Program-made: the position numbers and the translations under genes | The notes under the pieces: generated by a model | What the model was told of the DNA's origin: nothing | Seen by the model: only the letters and a program-made list of their open reading frames with translations | The model's database searches: none | Origin: Verrucomicrobiales bacterium | GTDB taxonomy: Bacteria; Verrucomicrobiota; Verrucomicrobiia; Verrucomicrobiales; SLCJ01 | Assembly: GCA_046075565.1 (NCBI GenBank) | Contig: JBJTQJ010000119.1 | Span: forward strand, 32,001 to 96,000 | Direction: 5' to 3' | DNA: 64,000 nucleotides | Shown: positions 59,588 through 64,000 of the stretch, piece by piece | How the letters are laid out: the number at the start of each line of letters is the position of its first letter | Position numbering within the stretch: position 1 is the first letter of the stretch

Positions 59588-60931
59588 ATGGAGCCTGCCC
59601 GCAAACAAGCCGTGGAGCTGGCCCGGCGATTGCGCGGGGCCGGCTTCATCGCGTGGTTTGCCGGCGGCTGCGTGCGCGACCGCTTGCTCGGGCGCGTGCC
59701 GAAGGATTACGATATCGCGACCAATGCCCGCCCGGATGAGGTGGCCGCTTTGTTTTCCAAGGCGCGTCTCGTCGGCGCTCATTTTGGCGTGGTCATTGTG
59801 CCGAGAAAAGGCATCGAACACGAGATTGCCACCTTCCGCAGCGATGGCGAATACCATGATGGCCGGCGGCCTGAAGCCGTGGTGTTTTCCACCGCCGAAG
59901 AAGACGCCCAACGCCGCGATTTCACCATCAATGGTCTCTTCGAGGATCCGGAAACGGGGGAAATCATCGACCACGTTGGTGGTCGCGCGGATTTGGAAAA
60001 TCGTATCCTGCGCGCCATCGGGGATCCGGACAAACGATTCGAAGAGGATCACTTGCGCTTGCTCCGGGCGGTGCGGTTTGCCACCGAACTCGACGGCTTT
60101 GCCATCGAAGCCAAGACATGGGACGCGCTCCGCCGACATGCGCCATCGATCGCCCGCATCTCACCGGAACGCGTGCGCACCGAGCTTTCCCGCATCTTCG
60201 TTCATCCGCGCCGGGTGCACGGATTCGACCTGCTCGCCGACTCCGGGTTGCTCGGTGTGGTTCTTCCCGAAATGCTCGATTTGCGGGGATGTGATCAGCC
60301 GCCGCAATTCCATCCCGAAGGCGACGTGTGGGTTCACACCCGCATCATGCTCGGGTTGCTCGCGCCCGATGCGCCGGAGGAACTCGTCTGGGCCGTCCTG
60401 CTCCACGACATCGCCAAACCCGCCACCCGAACCATCGATGAGACCGGGCGCATCCGCTTCAATGGCCACGACCGTCTGGGCGCGGAAATGACCGAATCCA
60501 TCCTCCGCCGCCTGCGTTTTCCCAACGACACCATCGAACCCGTCACCGAAATGGTGCGGCAGCACATGAACTACATGCACGTGCAGGACATGCGTGTGGC
60601 CAAACTCAAGCGCTTCATGGCCCGACCGATTTTCCCGATCGAATTGGAACTCCACCGCCTCGATTGCGCGTCCTCGAACGGACTGATGGACAACTACGAT
60701 TTCCTCCGGGAGAAGATGGAGGAATTCTCCGCGGCTCCGCTCGTGCCGCCGCGCCTCTTGGACGGAAGAGATATCATGGCCTTGGGGATTCCGCCCGGAC
60801 CCGAAGTGGGGCGATGGCTCGGCGAAATCGAAACACTCCAACTCGAAGGCAAACTCGGCGACCGCGAGTCCGCGCTGAATTGGCTTCGCGAAAATGCTTC
60901 ACTTCCTCCAGAAGATCAGCAGGGCGGTTAG
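59588..60931 (+). CDS. cca: CCA tRNA nucleotidyltransferase / poly(A) polymerase family protein with HD domain
   Basis: AGGCVRD, DYDIAT, RRDFTIN, EDHLR, HPEGDVWVHT, LLHDIAK. Confidence 0.88.
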   Translation: MEPARKQAVELARRLRGAGFIAWFAGGCVRDRLLGRVPKDYDIATNARPDEVAALFSKARLVGAHFGVVIVPRKGIEHEIATFRSDGEYHDGRRPEAVVFSTAEEDAQRRDFTINGLFEDPETGEIIDHVGGRADLENRILRAIGDPDKRFEEDHLRLLRAVRFATELDGFAIEAKTWDALRRHAPSIARISPERVRTELSRIFVHPRRVHGFDLLADSGLLGVVLPEMLDLRGCDQPPQFHPEGDVWVHTRIMLGLLAPDAPEELVWAVLLHDIAKPATRTIDETGRIRFNGHDRLGAEMTESILRRLRFPNDTIEPVTEMVRQHMNYMHVQDMRVAKLKRFMARPIFPIELELHRLDCASSNGLMDNYDFLREKMEEFSAAPLVPPRLLDGRDIMALGIPPGPEVGRWLGEIETLQLEGKLGDRESALNWLRENASLPPEDQQGG

Positions 60932-61822
60932 GATGGCGGGCAGGAACAAGAGGGTGGAGAGGAAAAGTTTGCGCGCGTTGTCGCGCTGGCTGACGTGCAG
61001 GAAACGCAGGGAGAGCCAGAGGATCCACGCGCCTAACAAAAGGCTTGCCACCCCGTAGCCGGCGCCCGCGATGCCGAGCGGCCACCAGCCGGCCGCGCAG
61101 ACCAGAAGTTGACCGAGGGAGAAGACGACACATAACCACGCGCTGCGTTGGCCGCTGGTGTCGCCATTCGACCACATGACAAATCCGGCTTTTTCGTATT
61201 CCTCGCGATACATCCAGTTGATGGCGACGAAGTGGGGGAGCTGCCAGAAGAAAAGAATGCCAAAGAGAAGCGCCGCGCCGGCATCGTAGGCGCGCCCCGC
61301 CGCCACCCAACCGATGACCGGTGGCAGGGCTCCCGCCACCGCGCCGACCAGCGTGTTGATGGACGACCGGCGTTTCATCGGCGTGTAAACGAGAACGTAA
61401 AGCAACAGGGTGAGAGCCGACATGTAGGCAGCCTGCGGGTTCTCCGGCGTCACGGTGCGCGCGAGATGCAGGACACCAAAGGTGGAAATCACGCAGGCAA
61501 TCGCGAAGGCCAGTCCGGCAGGCATACGTCGCGCGGGCAACGGCCGGTCCATGGTGCGCCGCATGCGCGCGTCCGCTTCGATTTCCATCAGTTGGTTGAA
61601 GACGGCCGCCCCGAAAGCGGAAAAGGCCGTGCCGAGGAGAGTGTGGAATAACACTCTCCAATCGGGGCGCAGATCACAACCTGCGAGGTAACCGACCAGA
61701 GTGGTGAGCAGGACCAGCGAGCTGAGGCGGAATTTCGTCAGTGCCATCAGGTCCTGACGCACTGCCACCGCCGGGGCGACCGGAAGAAGTTCGGATTCGG
61801 TGTTCGGTGTCGGACTCGCCAT
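60899..61822 (-). CDS. ctaB: Protoheme IX farnesyltransferase
   Basis: LTK.RL, FNQLME...DARMRRT..RPLP, YTPMKR, GALPP.IGW, FWQLPHF, EEY..AG. Confidence 0.95.
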   Translation of the reverse strand: MASPTPNTESELLPVAPAVAVRQDLMALTKFRLSSLVLLTTLVGYLAGCDLRPDWRVLFHTLLGTAFSAFGAAVFNQLMEIEADARMRRTMDRPLPARRMPAGLAFAIACVISTFGVLHLARTVTPENPQAAYMSALTLLLYVLVYTPMKRRSSINTLVGAVAGALPPVIGWVAAGRAYDAGAALLFGILFFWQLPHFVAINWMYREEYEKAGFVMWSNGDTSGQRSAWLCVVFSLGQLLVCAAGWWPLGIAGAGYGVASLLLGAWILWLSLRFLHVSQRDNARKLFLSTLLFLPAILTALLIFWRK

Positions 61823-61917
61823 TTTGCCGCATGGGAAAATCAGTTCCCGAGGCGGCTCCAAGTATCGCCCGCGACGATGGAATGGTCAAATTTCCCGGCC
61901 GTGCGCAGCAAAGCGGC

Positions 61918-62757
61918 TCAGTTCGGCAGCGGGGTGTAGCCCGGTGCAGGTTCTGGTGCGGGCGTGGGAACGCCCGGCAACGGCGGGGGCACAATCCCGG
62001 GATCCGGAGCAACAGGCGGTGGCGGAGGAGGAACAATACCTGGCACATCGGGCAACCCAGGGTTCACGGACGGCTCGATCGGGAGTGTCGGTGCGACGGG
62101 AGGAACAGGCGTCGGTGGCGGTGGAGGCATAGGCCGCATGGAGGCGTAGGGAGACAGGCTATCCTCGACCTTTGCCGGCACATCGTTGTCATTCACATAG
62201 CGCAACCAGACTCGACGTTCGACCTTTCCCGTGGTGGCTGAGATTTCCAAGCGTCCGACCGTGCGTTCCTCCTTGTCCCATAAGCTTAGAAACCAGACGG
62301 GTTGGGTCGTGCCCTCGCGCGCCCGGAGCACATATTGAACGGAGTCGAATCCGATCATCGCCGCTCTCGCTTCTTGGTCCACGGCGTGGAAGGCGGTGAT
62401 GGAATCGACCTTCACGTCCGACCATCGGAAAAAGCCGAGCGGAACCGTGGATTCATACCCACCGTCGTCGGGTGCTTTCGGCGTGGCGCGACGACCGGTT
62501 ACCTTCAGGGCTCTTACCCCGCCTTTGGCCGCCGGATCGGTGAAGAGGAACTCCCATGCTTTCGGCTGCGGGGTGCCAAAATGCCCGATGACTCCAACCA
62601 AGGCTTCCAAGGCCTGCGGGCCAAGGGTATTGCCAACCAGGACGGACGCTTCCCCGACGCTGGTCGAAGGCTGGGCCGCGGCGGGCGGGGAGGAGAGCAG
62701 GGAGCATCCGGCGGCGATGATGGCGGTGCGGCGAAGCAGGGGAAAGAAGCGAGTCAT
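61918..62757 (-). CDS. Exported hypothetical protein with Pro-rich C-terminal tail
   Basis: Signal peptide, GTPQPKAWEF, SATTGKV, polyproline tail. Confidence 0.7.
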   Translation of the reverse strand: MTRFFPLLRRTAIIAAGCSLLSSPPAAAQPSTSVGEASVLVGNTLGPQALEALVGVIGHFGTPQPKAWEFLFTDPAAKGGVRALKVTGRRATPKAPDDGGYESTVPLGFFRWSDVKVDSITAFHAVDQEARAAMIGFDSVQYVLRAREGTTQPVWFLSLWDKEERTVGRLEISATTGKVERRVWLRYVNDNDVPAKVEDSLSPYASMRPMPPPPPTPVPPVAPTLPIEPSVNPGLPDVPGIVPPPPPPVAPDPGIVPPPLPGVPTPAPEPAPGYTPLPN

Positions 62758-62959
62758 GGCGTTGCGGAATAAGACGTCGCCAAGACCTCGATTCATCAAA
62801 TTTTCTCGCTTTTCCGCAATTTCCCCCTGACCCTCGCCGCCTCTGAAGGCACAACTCCCATGCCCTGATAATCAACAAAAGTGGACTTTCTGGCCTGATT
62901 TGCCCGCTTGACAATAACTGCAATCGGGTATGCTATGGCCCTCTGCAAACAGAAACGTC

Positions 62960-64000
62960 ATGACCACCCGTCTTTTCACCGCGCTTATCCTTTGGGGAGT
63001 ATGCCTCCTCGTTCCCTCAATCCAAGCCCAGCAACCGACGATCAGCCTCGGCGACCTCCAAGCCTACGCGCTTTCGGATGTGGCCGATAATCCTGTGGCG
63101 AAGGAATTCGCCTCCTTGCTCGGGCAGGAGAAAGCCAAAGAAGCGCTCGCTGCTGCCGAGGCCGCCGTTGCGAAAAAAGAAGTCATTGGTGATTTCCTTC
63201 TCGGCTTTGCGGCGGAAAATGGAAAAGGAGCGGAAGCGGATTTCGCGAAGGCCGAGAAACATTACCGCGAAGCATCGAAGAAAGATCACCTCCCATCGAC
63301 CGTCAACCTCGCCGCACTTCTGATGCGTCAGAAATCCAACAACGAGGAAGCCGCGCGCTTGCTTCGCAGCGTGCAGGAAAAGGATCCGAAAATCGCCGGT
63401 TTTTTCCTCGGCATCGCCTGCTTGACCGGAGCCACCGGCACGCCGGACTTCCAGAGTGCCGCGCAAATGTGGACACGCGCCGCGGAAGCGGGCAATCCGT
63501 CCGCCAACCGTTACCTCGGGCTCCTCTACCAAGGGGTTTTCGGCTTTCCTGCTCAAGCCGACTTGAAGAAGTCCGCTGAATACCTTCAGAAAGCCGCGGA
63601 CAAGGATGACGCGGAGGCCTCCATCCGGCTCGGTCTTCTCATCCTCGAAGCGGGAGACAAAATCGGACGCAAGACCCCTGAAGCGACATCGTGGTTCGAA
63701 AAAGCCGCTTCCACCAACAATGCCGCTGCGCTTTATCTTCTCGGTCAAGTGCGCGAACAAGGGACCAAGGGTGTTGTCGAAGCCGATCCGAAGGCCGCCC
63801 GCGAACTCTACGTCAAAGCTGCCGCCCAAAACCATGGTCCGTCCATCCTGCGTCTCGGGTTTCTCACCGAACGTGGTCTCGGTGGCGATGCCGACCTCGC
63901 CGTAGCCGTCAAACACTACCGCAAGGCCGCGGAACTTGGAGAAGCCGGAGCTTACTTCAATCTGGGTGTGCTCACGCAAAAGGGTGAAGGCGGTCTTGAG
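62960..64000 (+). CDS. Sel1-like repeat protein (3' end outside window)
   Basis: Not in the ORF track; translated by hand. Signal MTTRLFTALILWG, repeats such as D..KA..Y.KAA...A...LG. Confidence 0.85.
   Translation, partial: MTTRLFTALILWGVCLLVPSIQAQQPTISLGDLQAYALSDVADNPVAKEFASLLGQEKAKEALAAAEAAVAKKEVIGDFLLGFAAENGKGAEADFAKAEKHYREASKKDHLPSTVNLAALLMRQKSNNEEAARLLRSVQEKDPKIAGFFLGIACLTGATGTPDFQSAAQMWTRAAEAGNPSANRYLGLLYQGVFGFPAQADLKKSAEYLQKAADKDDAEASIRLGLLILEAGDKIGRKTPEATSWFEKAASTNNAAALYLLGQVREQGTKGVVEADPKAARELYVKAAAQNHGPSILRLGFLTERGLGGDADLAVAVKHYRKAAELGEAGAYFNLGVLTQKGEGGLE

Overview
GC-rich bacterial chromosomal window, most consistent with Verrucomicrobiota (inferred from the long-form IspG, DUF1080, a sulfatase, rhamnosidases, a surface protein ending in an FYRV-type tail, and PVC-type REP palindromes). 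About 50 CDS are present. Housekeeping genes: thiS-dnaG-rpoD, rseP-ispG-menH-like, bioB, argC-argJ-menF-like, trpE-trpG, tatC, ndk, cca, ctaB/cyoE and a prepilin peptidase. Accessory genes: a rhamnosidase cluster with an exported oxidoreductase / TIM-barrel / DUF1080 trio, a PIN toxin-antitoxin pair, a TonB receptor-TonB-ExbB-ExbD operon with a Fur-like box, a lycopene-cyclase domain pair, a sulfatase and large secreted carbohydrate-active proteins. I found no rRNA, tRNA, CRISPR array or intact transposase. The best candidates for novelty are: (i) an unexplained, highly structured ~170-nt non-coding element with a pseudoknot and UNCG tetraloops between argC and a secreted Lon-protease-domain gene; (ii) an apparently periplasmic 3-keto-glycoside pathway nested among rhamnosidases; (iii) widespread leaderless sigma70 promoters, including a symmetric bidirectional one; (iv) REP mosaics with compensatory base changes and IS-end-like relics; (v) four disrupted accessory genes; (vi) an in-frame spare copy of a C-terminal sorting tail. 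All calls come from reading motifs by eye; no database searches were run.
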